Assembly: GCA_041665345.1 (NCBI GenBank)
Contig: JBAYJA010000004.1
Location: forward strand, 48,122-112,121
DNA from: Patescibacteria group bacterium
GTDB lineage: Bacteria; Patescibacteriota; Patescibacteriia; PEXW01
Direction: 5' to 3'
Length of the DNA: 64,000 nucleotides
Shown piece by piece: positions 50,199-59,380 of this stretch. The position numbers and the translations under genes were made by a program. The notes beneath the pieces were generated by a model that saw only the letters and a program-made list of their open reading frames with translations, was not told the DNA's origin and did no database searches. The first letter of the stretch is position 1; the number at the start of each line of letters is the position of its first letter.

Positions 50199-50480
50199 AT
50201 GACCCTTGACCCCACCGGCGCTACGCTTGGACTGGGCTCAGCAGACTTGAAGGTAGTTGTCCTCTCCACGGTCAGCTTTGTGTTGGGCTTGCTGACACTC
50301 ATTCAGACCATTGTGGTGCTCTACAGTGGTTTCATGTGGCTCACCGCCCGGGGTGACGATGAACGGAAGCACGAAGCAAAAATGACCCTCTTTCGCTCAG
50401 TGGTCGGCACCTTCATTGTTGGGGTTGCCTGGGGAATTGTCCTGTTCTTGTTCCGGTTGGTGGAGCGAGCAACGACATAG
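50199..50480 (+). CDS. TrbC/VirB2-like two-helix pilin-type protein
   Basis: LGLGSADL...YSGFMWLTARGDDE...AK.TL...VVG..IV pattern. Confidence 0.75.
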   Translation: MTLDPTGATLGLGSADLKVVVLSTVSFVLGLLTLIQTIVVLYSGFMWLTARGDDERKHEAKMTLFRSVVGTFIVGVAWGIVLFLFRLVERATT

Positions 50481-50504
50481 CCGGATCTTCCTCCCTCTCC
50501 TCTC

Positions 50505-50624
50505 TGTCATTCTGAGTCTTCGACCTGCCCGCCGTACTTCGTCGCGAAGGCAGGCGGGAGAATCTCCGAACAATTTTTACAAACCATGGAGATTCTTCAT
50601 CCCGAAGCGGGATTCAGAATGACA
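50505..50624. repeat. TGTCATTCTGAG..CAGAATGACA palindromic element with nested insert
   Basis: Outer IR plus inner AGAATCTCC/GGAGATTCT. Nested CCTGCCCGCC..GGCAGGCGGG at 50524-50558. Confidence 0.7.
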
Positions 50625-50676
50625 AAGAAGAGACCTCTACAGCTCTACGGCTTTATAGCTCTACGGCTCATCCCCC

Positions 50677-51036
50677 CTACTCCCCCACGTTTTCCAAATG
50701 CACTACCTGCTCCTTGCCGGTCGTGTTCGTAATGGCAATGACGTCCAGTTGGTACTCACCTGTCCAGCCTCGTTGTTCCACAATCCACTCCATGGATTGC
50801 TCCAGGCGTTCCAGCTTTGCCGCGTTGATTGCTGCTTCCGGTGGGCCAAAGCCCGTGGAGGTACGGTACTTCACTTCCACACCAACCAGCACCTTTGCTT
50901 TGGTGCAGAGAATGTCCACTTCCCCATAGGGTGTGCGGACATTTTTTTCAATCTTGGTGTACTTCTTTTTCTGCAATAAAGCCACGGCCAGTTGCTCACC
51001 GTACTTCCCGCGTTCGTGTGCCAGTACGGCACTCAT
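50677..51036 (-). CDS. YraN (UPF0102) nuclease-like protein
   Basis: GKYGE.LA...NVRTPYGEVDI...VEVKYR...DVIAI. Confidence 0.9.
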   Translation of the reverse strand: MSAVLAHERGKYGEQLAVALLQKKKYTKIEKNVRTPYGEVDILCTKAKVLVGVEVKYRTSTGFGPPEAAINAAKLERLEQSMEWIVEQRGWTGEYQLDVIAITNTTGKEQVVHLENVGE

Positions 51037-51037
51037 C

Positions 51038-51601
51038 CTACTCCTTGGTGAACACCAAGCCGAAGTGGTAGGGACCGGGCACAAACTCTTCCACAAAGGT
51101 AAAACCAACTTGATCCGCAGACTTCCGAATACTGGAAGCGTGTGCCAGACCATCCACATTGTGCGGCCCCATCCGCATGCCAGATACCTTCCAATCAATA
51201 ACCAACAGCCGACCGCCAGGCTTGAGCATGCGGTACGTCTCCTTCAAAATCTCCACCGGCTTCTTGCTTTGGAAAAGGAGGTTGATGAGTAACCCAAGAT
51301 CCACAATCTCATCCCGCACCAGACGCGCGCCACGGAATACTTCCAGGTTAGACCACACCGGAATGATGTTCGGTAAGCCTGCTAACTTTGACCGGCTGAC
51401 CAAGTTTGAAAGTGCGGACTTCAGCACATCAATTCCAAACACCGTCCCTTTGCTGCCCACCATCTTGGCCGCTTGCAACACGAAGTAACCGGAGCCACCG
51501 CAGCCTAAATCCGCTACCACTTGGCCAGGCCCCAAGCCCACCCGGTGGAGAATGTGCTCAGTGTCGAAAAGTTTGGTACCCGAAGGAATTTTGCTGGCCA
51601 T
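51038..51601 (-). CDS. Class I SAM-dependent methyltransferase
   Basis: VADLGCGGSG, GID, LKPGGRLLVIDW, GPYHFG. Confidence 0.9.
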   Translation of the reverse strand: MASKIPSGTKLFDTEHILHRVGLGPGQVVADLGCGGSGYFVLQAAKMVGSKGTVFGIDVLKSALSNLVSRSKLAGLPNIIPVWSNLEVFRGARLVRDEIVDLGLLINLLFQSKKPVEILKETYRMLKPGGRLLVIDWKVSGMRMGPHNVDGLAHASSIRKSADQVGFTFVEEFVPGPYHFGLVFTKE

Positions 51602-51607
51602 AAGTAT

Positions 51608-52444
51608 TTAGCGTTTGGACGAACGGCGTTTGCGAGAAACTTTTTTGGGAGTGACGCGGCGCGCCTTTGTGATACGAGGTTTTCCTTTTGCGAGCTTCCG
51701 CTTTGGAAGAGCTTTCCGTGGCTTGGGTTTCGCAATGACTTTCTTCTTCACAACTTTTCGTTTTACCCGTGCTCCAGTCTTCTTCTTTGGCTTCACTTTC
51801 GTCTTCTGCTTTTTCACTTTCAATCCTAACCGCGCCTTCACGGGAGCAAAAGATTTTCGGTGCTCTGGTGTTGGTCCGTGCAACGTTAATAACTGCTGGT
51901 GCAGTGCTGTGCCGTACCCTTTATGAATGTGAAACTGGAAAAGTGGGTACAACCGGTGCAGTTCTGAACTCATGATCCGATCGCGTACGACCTTCGCCAC
52001 AATCGATGCCGCGCCAATGGTTCGCTCCAAAGCATCGCCATCAATAATGCTCACCACCGGAATGTTGGTGAAAGTAAGTGGGAAGGCATCCACCAGCAAC
52101 GCATCCGGTTTGATGTACAACTTTGCCGTTGCACGTTCCAGTGCTTGGCGGTTGGCTTCGGTTATCCCTTCCTTATCTATGACCGCCGCTGGGACAATGT
52201 GCACCGCCCAGGCAATCGCCTTTTTCGTGATCGCCACAAAAAGCTCCTCACGCTGCTTTGGGGAGAGTAGTTTAGAGTCCGTAACCCCTGCTGGAACATC
52301 ATTCGTATCCAAAATCACGGCAGCTGCCACTAATGGGCCAGCCCAGCTGCCTTTGCCAACTTCATCCACGCCGGCAATGTGCCGGTGACCGGCCTTGCGC
52401 AAGCGGTGTTCGTGCTCATTTGTTGGTTTCTTCCATTTTGCCAT
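51608..52444 (-). CDS. rnhB: Ribonuclease HII with a long Lys/Arg-rich tail
   Basis: AGVDEVGKG..AGP, DSKLL, DGDA, AASIVAKVVRD, HKGYGT, HRKSF. Confidence 0.95.
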   Translation of the reverse strand: MAKWKKPTNEHEHRLRKAGHRHIAGVDEVGKGSWAGPLVAAAVILDTNDVPAGVTDSKLLSPKQREELFVAITKKAIAWAVHIVPAAVIDKEGITEANRQALERATAKLYIKPDALLVDAFPLTFTNIPVVSIIDGDALERTIGAASIVAKVVRDRIMSSELHRLYPLFQFHIHKGYGTALHQQLLTLHGPTPEHRKSFAPVKARLGLKVKKQKTKVKPKKKTGARVKRKVVKKKVIAKPKPRKALPKRKLAKGKPRITKARRVTPKKVSRKRRSSKR

Positions 52445-52528
52445 ACGCAGAGTATAGCGCATTCCCCAGCTTTTTTCTCCTTTCCTTATTCTCTGCAATA
52501 ATCCCTTACTTCAAAAAAATAACCAATT

Positions 52529-52958
52529 AAAAAAGGGCGCGAGCGTCCAAATATCATAGATAATAAGGGGACTGCGCCCTTTAGAATTCTCAAAAGTAGA
52601 TATTTGCCGCTACGTTTACCGTTCCTCCGTAGAGAAGCCGTCAACGTAGCAGCAACTACCATAAACCTTATGAGAATGTATATTCTTCATTCCCACTTTC
52701 TTGAAGAATGTTTTTAACGCCAACCGCTCTTGTGGTTATACTCCCTGCCCGAGAGCTCAGAAGTTAACCTTTTAGTTCCAGTGGCTTTTTATAACCTCCT
52801 GGAGTTTTATTTTACAGACAGGCGTGTGGGACGCCTATGACGAGCAGTAGGACAGGGAGGTCACAACGCGTTTTGGGTGACATTGACTGCCCGACTTCTC
52901 GGTCTTTAGTAGCAAGAGTAGTTTTTTGCGTTGATTTAAAGAGCGTTCTTTATCTAAC
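52529..52958 (-). ncRNA. Candidate large structured ncRNA (~430 nt), family not recognised
   Basis: Own promoter, boxA-like CGCTCTTTA, at least 8 helices including long-range ones, terminal GC stem + U6. No ORF-track entry; the ORFs I noticed are only 23-24 aa. Confidence 0.7.
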
Positions 52959-52964
52959 AGCGGA

Positions 52965-52993
52965 AGTATAGCACTGTTTTGACGTAATGTCAA
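52965..52993 (-). promoter_or_regulatory. Near-consensus sigma70 promoter
   Basis: TTGACA-17 nt-TATACT with a TG extension. Confidence 0.85.
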
Positions 52994-53021
52994 ATATCTG
53001 GTTTGGCTAAGATTAGCGGAA

Positions 53022-53448
53022 ATTACGAATAGGGTTACGTCCCGCCACTGAGGCGGGATCCCGCCTTCCTCTTCTCAGAAGCAAGAAGTGGCGGGAAATT
53101 ACGAAAAGAATGCTACGAAACTACGAATGTACGAATTGGGAGGGAGAATGCAGTTTTTTCGGAGTGCGGGCAGCTCTCGTAGAGTCTGAGCGACCCCGAG
53201 TCTGCTCGAGGGGGAGTCGAAGACTACCCGCTGCTCGACCGGGGAGGTTTTGGAGGGGGAAAGAATTCGGAGGATTTAGATTTGATTTGCATAAAGCCTT
53301 CCTCATGTAATACAGACGTTGCACTGGTAAGGGTTACCTCCCCCAACCCCTCCTTCGAAAGGAGGGGGGTGTTTGTGGTTTATGAAAACCAAGATCTTTA
53401 AACGTTCCTCCCCTTTCGAAGGGGAGGACAGGTGGGGTAACCCTTACC
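53022..53448. repeat. Mosaic of short repeats and palindromes
   Basis: TACGAA(T) tract interrupted by TCCCGCCAC..GTGGCGGGA (53040-53096), a CTGAGCGA..AGTCGAAG element, and the long IR GGTAAGGGTTACC..GGTAACCCTTACC (53326-53448). Confidence 0.7.
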
Positions 53449-53469
53449 GGGAGAGGAATGCAAATAAAC

Positions 53470-54057
53470 CTAGCTATTTTTTACATAGACTATCTCGCTT
53501 CTACTTCCCTCCCACTCCCGATAAGCCTTTTTCACTTTACTTATGACTTGTCGAAGTGGAATCTTGGTGGTATCCAACACAAAGCTGTACTGCTTTCGCA
53601 GAAAGACATTCACCCCGTACAGTCTTTTGTAGCGTCGTGTGTCGGATTTCACCCGTTGTTTATTGATTTTCATGATCTGCGTCAGGGTTGGCAACTCACC
53701 CACTTCATTTTTCCGGTTTTTCTGGTCTGCCAGTACCCGCCGAGCACCTTCCCTGGGTGCAACATCCAAAAAAACGTTGAAAGCTCTGGGGAAAAAGTGA
53801 AAGGCCGTGCGGCTACTCAGCACCAAGTTCGGATATTTCCGCGCTTCCTTCACTAAGGCCTTATCAAATGCCCGGTCACCAGCATCTGGGTGCGCTTCAG
53901 CCCACGCATTGAAGGCATGGAGGGTGAGCCCGCGTTTGGTCGCCTCAGCACGGCGCAGGTGCCCCACGTCTAGTTGCCGGTATTTGAGTTGTTTTGCCAA
54001 GGCACGACTTACACTGGACTTGCCCGAACCAATAGCGCCGCTGATGGTGATAATCAT
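53470..54057 (-). CDS. cmk: Cytidylate kinase (archaeal-like short form)
   Basis: MIITISGAIGSGKSS, D...D, RY..LYG, DTT. Confidence 0.85.
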   Translation of the reverse strand: MIITISGAIGSGKSSVSRALAKQLKYRQLDVGHLRRAEATKRGLTLHAFNAWAEAHPDAGDRAFDKALVKEARKYPNLVLSSRTAFHFFPRAFNVFLDVAPREGARRVLADQKNRKNEVGELPTLTQIMKINKQRVKSDTRRYKRLYGVNVFLRKQYSFVLDTTKIPLRQVISKVKKAYREWEGSRSEIVYVKNS

Positions 54058-54107
54058 TTAATTTACGAATTACGAAAAGTGGTACGAATATACGAATGAA
54101 GAAGTAC

Positions 54108-54159
54108 GGAGTAGAGACTTCAGTCTCTTGTACGATCCAGAGGCTGAAGCCTCTAGTCC
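54108..54159. repeat. GTAG-type REP doublet (REPIN-like)
   Basis: GGAGTAGAGACTTCAGTCTCT..AGAGGCTGAAGCCTCTAGTCC. Sister copies at 6532 and 60338. Confidence 0.75.
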
Positions 54160-54160
54160 A

Positions 54161-54649
54161 TCATGCTTGCACCGTGTGCGTGAGGAGGTCTAAAGAATAA
54201 CGTTTACCAGCTTGGTAGTCACGGACCATTTGCTTAATGTCTACGTCACGCAAGGTTGCACCGTCCATGGCTGCAATTTCCTCTGGGGTGAACCAACGTG
54301 TTTCCGTGGAGTCGTCAGCAAGTGCTTGCTGCGTTCCTGTAACTGTCCCGACGAAAATAAGTTTTATTGCATGAGGCATTACCGTTTCATTTTCTCGGAT
54401 ATCATGCCGGACAAGTGAGTATACTCCAAGTATATGCGTGGGTGTAAATGTGAAGCCACTCTCTTCTTGAGCTTCTCTTTGCACAGCATCAACTGGATTT
54501 TCACCTACATCAATCCAACCAGCCGGATGACTCCACTTTCCTGCATCTGGCCCTTTTCTTCCCGCTTCGCGCATGAGTAAGAATTTGCCGTCACGTTCAA
54601 TGATGGCACCAACAACGCCAAAGGTTTGAGTGAAGACACGTTGTGTCAT
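54161..54649 (-). CDS. NUDIX hydrolase
   Basis: Nudix box GWIDVGENPVDAVQREAQEESG. Confidence 0.92.
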   Translation of the reverse strand: MTQRVFTQTFGVVGAIIERDGKFLLMREAGRKGPDAGKWSHPAGWIDVGENPVDAVQREAQEESGFTFTPTHILGVYSLVRHDIRENETVMPHAIKLIFVGTVTGTQQALADDSTETRWFTPEEIAAMDGATLRDVDIKQMVRDYQAGKRYSLDLLTHTVQA

Positions 54650-54651
54650 AT

Positions 54652-55053
54652 TCAATGTGCTTTAGAGGTCCTGCGCAGGATAAAATAATCACTAGCAAAC
54701 ACCGCGGCCACGAATAGACCAAACCCGGTGTACGCCCAGTAGCCAACTTTGTACCAGATGCTGGCCGCGTAGCAGATAGCAACCAGAATGAGCACGGCCT
54801 TGAAGACGATGGTTGTGAAGCGTAACGCCGGATGACGATCAAAACCCCAGACTTGCCGCAAGGTGAAGAAGCAGTCCAGGATAATGAGAGTACTACTGAT
54901 CGCGCCTGCCCACACCAATTCATTAGACAGACCGTAGCGTTGGGCCACGAACGTCATGATGATCACGACCAACCAACCACGGAAGAGGTAGGTGAACAGG
55001 AGGATGATCTCAGTGAGTGGTCGAACCTTACGCGGTTTGGTGAGGTGATACAT
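54652..55053 (-). CDS. Hypothetical 4-TM membrane protein
   Basis: Four hydrophobic helices. TATACT-6nt-ATG start. Confidence 0.7.
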   Translation of the reverse strand: MYHLTKPRKVRPLTEIILLFTYLFRGWLVVIIMTFVAQRYGLSNELVWAGAISSTLIILDCFFTLRQVWGFDRHPALRFTTIVFKAVLILVAICYAASIWYKVGYWAYTGFGLFVAAVFASDYFILRRTSKAH

Positions 55054-55347
55054 GGGTGAAGTATAGCAAGGGGTTGGTCAAGAAGTTAGGTTTGGGTAGA
55101 GCGGCGAGTATGGATAAAGGTTGCAGGTGTGGGGAAATGCAGAAGTTTCAATCATTGAGTGGGGTTGACAAAACTGAATAAATGCGCTACACTACAGCGT
55201 TCTCAACAATTGTAGGTACTTTGAAAATTGACAATTTTCATCTCCAGTTCCTTGCGTGGGAAATTCGTCTTGCGCAGGGTTGCTGGAGGTGAAAGGGATA
55301 TCTCCGAAGCAATGTGTGTGTTTGCCTGATCCCTAGAGGGAGGCGTA

Positions 55348-56751
55348 ATGCCTTACCAACAGTATTCCGGTGAAGTAGTCACCGTGAATGTCGAGAAACA
55401 ATTTGGCTTCATCGGCTTGCTGACCGTACGTTTATCGAACGACCAGGAACACGACCTGGTAACGTCGGAAGATATTTTCGTCCACCAAAATGACGTCGAC
55501 ACGACGTTAATCCCAGGATTGCGTGTTGCCTTTGACGTGGAACTCGATGACAAGCGTGGCGACGGTACGTTCCGGGCAGTGAATGTCATCGCTCTGGTGG
55601 AGCACGACTTGCTGCCGGCTATGGTGGAACCGATTCCTGGTTTCCACGTGGTGGTGCCAGCGGGTCAGAGTTTCAAACTCACCGCCTATCACGCGCAGAT
55701 GAAGGACGTGCGACCCGAGGTAGTAGCTCAGGTGGAGGCAAATCAGCCGCTGCCGGGTATTCCACGGGAAGATATCCGATTGGACAATGAAGAGACCAGG
55801 AAGTTCTTGCAGGCTTTCCTGCTGTACACGTTTCCTTCGTTGGTAGATTATGGGGCCGATTTCAACATCGGCACCCCGGATGACACGGCCATGCAGCTCA
55901 CGCTACAGGAAGCAATCGAGAGCCACCGCGCACTTGGGTTAACTTCCCAGGTGGAGGTGCTTGAAGAGGAAGTCAAACGTTTTGGTAAGTTTCGTGGGGC
56001 ACTGAACTTACTCTGGGCAGATGGCGTTGCACGGCCGGGATCTATTATTCCGATCGAGAATTTGCCGGATCTCTTTATGGCGGTTCCAGTCTGGTACCAC
56101 TACTTCGCCAACGATACCCAAGGGAAGAGTGAGGCAGTTGAAGCAGCGAATACGGATGATCCATGGGTGCATGCGCGCACTGCTTTCTTCTGCGACCTCG
56201 TGCCAACCCGGCGTTGGTCGGACCTTTACCAGATGTTCAACCGTCGGTTGCGAACCCTGGAAAACTACAAGGGGGACATCATTCCACCGCATGTTGCACG
56301 ACGGCTCCAGAACGCTGCTGAGGTGTTTGACTACTTAGTCATCGCAACTCCGTACCTGGAAGAAGCTGGTAAGGACTGGGAAAACCTGGACTGGATTCGC
56401 TCCATTGATCCGTACGTCCTGGGTTTCATCAAGGATTCTCCTGTGTTCTTCGTAGTGGCACGGTTCAGTAACAGTGGGACGTTCCCGCTGTACAACGAGC
56501 TACTCGGCGACACGGTGGAATTTCTCCGGTCGAACCGATCCAAGTTGGATGGGTTTAATACCGTCAGTAGACCGTTCTGGTACAGGGGTGGCGATACCGG
56601 CGTGAATGACGGCAACCCCTTGCGGGATTGCTTTGATGGTTTGTTAGGTCAGCATCTGAGCAAACTCACTGAAGAGCTGCTCAGGCAGTTTGACCAGGGC
56701 ACACTCTTCCCCTGGATTCGTCAGGAAGAAGAGCAACCTACTAAACAGTAG
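55348..56751 (+). CDS. Cold-shock-domain protein fused to a large unknown domain
   Basis: KQFGFI (RNP1), DIFVHQND (RNP2), G.RV.F...A.NV. GGGAGG RBS, promoter TTGACA-17-TACACT at 55165, terminator at ~56772-56801. Confidence 0.8.
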   Translation: MPYQQYSGEVVTVNVEKQFGFIGLLTVRLSNDQEHDLVTSEDIFVHQNDVDTTLIPGLRVAFDVELDDKRGDGTFRAVNVIALVEHDLLPAMVEPIPGFHVVVPAGQSFKLTAYHAQMKDVRPEVVAQVEANQPLPGIPREDIRLDNEETRKFLQAFLLYTFPSLVDYGADFNIGTPDDTAMQLTLQEAIESHRALGLTSQVEVLEEEVKRFGKFRGALNLLWADGVARPGSIIPIENLPDLFMAVPVWYHYFANDTQGKSEAVEAANTDDPWVHARTAFFCDLVPTRRWSDLYQMFNRRLRTLENYKGDIIPPHVARRLQNAAEVFDYLVIATPYLEEAGKDWENLDWIRSIDPYVLGFIKDSPVFFVVARFSNSGTFPLYNELLGDTVEFLRSNRSKLDGFNTVSRPFWYRGGDTGVNDGNPLRDCFDGLLGQHLSKLTEELLRQFDQGTLFPWIRQEEEQPTKQ

Positions 56752-56867
56752 ATTTTTACTGAGTACTTTCAAAGCAACCTCGCTCCACGGGGTTGCTTTT
56801 TTCTTGACTTCCTTTCACCGCATGCTACACTTCGCGGAAATACGAAAACAAAAACAAGGAGGAAAAA

Positions 56868-57698
56868 ATGGTACGTATCCAACACGCGTTCTGTGATTTA
56901 GATGACACGCATTTACATTTCATGGCTGGCCATCGACCCGCTATTGCCTTTCTTGCCAAGGAGGTTGGCCAAAAATTTGCAAATGCATTTGATGCCACGT
57001 ATCAAGTGCTGCACCTTGGTGGTCAAGCGCAAGATGGGGATTGGTCCATGGTCCCTGGTGGCCAGGAGGCATACGAACAGCTTCGCAAGAAATTGCAACT
57101 GACAAAAATTGGCAGCCGATCCTTCCCCTGGTCACGCGAACTCGCGGCACTGCATGCGGCGCAAGTTGTGGACATGCAACTGCATCCAAGAGAGGCAGTG
57201 GAAATTGCGGCAAAGTACTGGGCGATATTGAGTAGCAATATTACGCTCTACCCAGATGCGCTGCGTTTCCTGGGCCGCTTAAAAGCAGAAGGTGTGCAGA
57301 ACCACATCTCCACTGGGTCTGACAGCAGTCTGCGCTGGGCAGAAAATGGTTGGGTGTATGACCCAAAATTGGCCAAGAAAATTAAAATGTTCCGCGTACG
57401 AGTACTTGATGAGTTTGGTTTTTCTCCGGCTAGTGTCACAACCGGAGATCCAATTGACAAACCCGATAAAGCATTTTACGAACAGGTTATGCTCAATGCG
57501 TGCATTGAAACTGACCTGACGACAATTGATCCCGCAACCTGCATCACGGTAGGTGATTCTTTCCGGGGCGACGTCGCAATGCCCATGCAGTGCCTGGGCA
57601 TTCCGCAGGGGTACTGGCTCCAGCGAGGACAACCAAGACGGCAGCTGACAGAGAACATTCACCTGATTGGCTCCTTGGACGAAATTCCGTTGGAGTAA
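56868..57698 (+). CDS. HAD-superfamily hydrolase
   Basis: DLDDT motif I, ST, KP, VGDSFRGDV motif IV. Confidence 0.85.
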   Translation: MVRIQHAFCDLDDTHLHFMAGHRPAIAFLAKEVGQKFANAFDATYQVLHLGGQAQDGDWSMVPGGQEAYEQLRKKLQLTKIGSRSFPWSRELAALHAAQVVDMQLHPREAVEIAAKYWAILSSNITLYPDALRFLGRLKAEGVQNHISTGSDSSLRWAENGWVYDPKLAKKIKMFRVRVLDEFGFSPASVTTGDPIDKPDKAFYEQVMLNACIETDLTTIDPATCITVGDSFRGDVAMPMQCLGIPQGYWLQRGQPRRQLTENIHLIGSLDEIPLE

Positions 57699-57720
57699 TC
57701 CGCTCATTAGCACAACAGTC

Positions 57721-58944
57721 TCACACATGTGAGGCTGTTTTTGCTTGAAAATATTTTTGGATTCGCCGTAACCATCTTCCGGTAAGTGACCCAATAACCA
57801 TCAGCCAAAAAATTCCAGTCCATCCGTACAAATCAAGCAATGGACTCCGTGTTGCATCCCACCAAGTCCAAGAGATAACGAATTGCGTCACCACAAAGCT
57901 AAAGCAAAATAGTACTACCGCCCGCAGCCAATGTCTTGGAAGAAAATAGGCGAGTGATATACTTGGCCCCAGAGTGAGTACGAGCGCTAGGAAGAATGAA
58001 TGCGTGATAAAAACAAGCACGGACATCCCCACCCCAAGAATGACCAAAATACCTGATGGCTCATTCCGTACCTGTCGTGCCACTGCGGTACGAAATGTTT
58101 GTAATCCCAAAAGCACAAATGTTACAGCTGCAACGCCGAAGGAAATGAAATGCCGTTGGATGAGAATCGGATCCATAGCATCTTTGATCGGATTGGCCAC
58201 ATAATCTATCATTTCCCTTTTAAAAGGCCAGAATACAGATTCAAGAAAAAACTCCATGAAAATAAAAACCAAAAAGGGTACGCCGATCAGCAAAAAACTA
58301 TTCAGGTAGAGCCGATCGAGTTTGAAGCGTGTCGGACCAAAGTCAGTAGGCTGTTCCATAATTCCCGCAACAAGTGTTACTGCACTTAATCCAATAGTAA
58401 CCGGAATTGCTGTCAGGAAACTGAGTAGTATATCCCAACCCACGGACTGCGGTCCGCCACCAGCGGGTGGTGTCAACATTGCCACCGTAGTGCTATATAT
58501 GAGAACCAAAATTCCAAGGTGAACAAAAAAACGCGTTAATGCATTTCCGGAACGATGCATTCTGGTCGCGGTTCGACCAACCCAAATCGCCATTGCCGTA
58601 CATCCAAAGTAGGCTACGAATTTTCCTAACATATAACTCAAACTTGCCTGCACAGATTGCCCAATGTTCGGAGCATTTTTTCCAAGGAGAAACCCTAGTG
58701 CAAGAAAAAACGCGATGCCGACAATCGGGACAAGCTGTAAACGAAAATTTGTATGCAACCACCCAATATGCACTCGGTTCAGCCGGGTGGCGAGTTGATC
58801 GGGTTTGCCCAGGGCATCTTCAGCAGATTCCGACTCGTCAACATCATCCAAATGCCCTTGCACTTCGGCAATGAGCTCTGCCCGTTTAGGTTCCCCTACC
58901 CGGAGTTTGGCGGTGAAGAGCTCTAAAAATTCCTGGGGGCTCAT
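57721..58944 (-). CDS. HAAS/permease-prefix-domain multi-pass membrane protein
   Basis: FL..F..KL....RAELIAEVQGHLDD...ALGKPDQLA, then ~9 TM helices. ATGA-coupled to padR. Confidence 0.75.
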   Translation of the reverse strand: MSPQEFLELFTAKLRVGEPKRAELIAEVQGHLDDVDESESAEDALGKPDQLATRLNRVHIGWLHTNFRLQLVPIVGIAFFLALGFLLGKNAPNIGQSVQASLSYMLGKFVAYFGCTAMAIWVGRTATRMHRSGNALTRFFVHLGILVLIYSTTVAMLTPPAGGGPQSVGWDILLSFLTAIPVTIGLSAVTLVAGIMEQPTDFGPTRFKLDRLYLNSFLLIGVPFLVFIFMEFFLESVFWPFKREMIDYVANPIKDAMDPILIQRHFISFGVAAVTFVLLGLQTFRTAVARQVRNEPSGILVILGVGMSVLVFITHSFFLALVLTLGPSISLAYFLPRHWLRAVVLFCFSFVVTQFVISWTWWDATRSPLLDLYGWTGIFWLMVIGSLTGRWLRRIQKYFQAKTASHV

Positions 58945-59267
58945 ATAGCTGCAGCGTGCACAATGCGCGTGATGGTTTTTTGGAAAACCGCCCAATCCTG
59001 TTTCAACGCCTTCAGTTCCTTTTGCCCGCGCGTGGTCAGTTCGTACACCCGGCGCTTGCCTGAACTCACTTCTCGCCACGTACCGGTGATGAAACCCTTC
59101 TTCTCCAGATTGTGCAGGAGTGGGTAGAGCATGCCCATCCCGAATTTAAAGGTATCCGGCATTTGGTCACGAAGCGCCTGAGCCAAGGCATACCCATGCA
59201 TAGCTTTCTGGTCCAACGCGGCCAGGATGAGCATCCGCGAATGGCCTTTGAGTTGTTCTTTATTCAT
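58941..59267 (-). CDS. PadR-family transcriptional regulator
   Basis: LILAAL...MHGYAL...G.LYPLLH.LEKKGFI..W...RRVYELT.RG...W. Confidence 0.95.
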   Translation of the reverse strand: MNKEQLKGHSRMLILAALDQKAMHGYALAQALRDQMPDTFKFGMGMLYPLLHNLEKKGFITGTWREVSSGKRRVYELTTRGQKELKALKQDWAVFQKTITRIVHAAAI

Positions 59268-59271
59268 ATTG

Positions 59272-59290
59272 TATATCGTATTACGATATA
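59272..59290. promoter_or_regulatory. Probable PadR operator
   Basis: Perfect IR TATATCGTA-T-TACGATATA between the -10 (59294-59299) and the padR ATG. Confidence 0.7.
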
Positions 59291-59380
59291 GAGAGTATAG
59301 AACATACTTTTCTTATGTCAAATGTGTACGATCTAAAAAACAGCGCACCTTTCGGTACGCTGTCAAAGAACGAAAATCAG

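Noticed and set aside
52618-52635. TACGGAGGAAC resembling the c-di-AMP (ydaO) riboswitch core
   Set aside because: Flanking GAATCC and GGGG..AATC elements are missing and the segment sits at the tip of a simple hairpin.
52529-52958. tmRNA, RNase P or SRP as the identity of the ncRNA
   Set aside because: No tRNA-like T-loop or CCA end, no GAGGAAAGTCC P4 motif, and no SRP helix-8 motif found on either strand. This was checked by eye; an Rfam scan is still needed.
53022-53448. CRISPR array
   Set aside because: Repeats are heterogeneous palindromes without regular repeat-spacer periodicity, and there are no cas genes.
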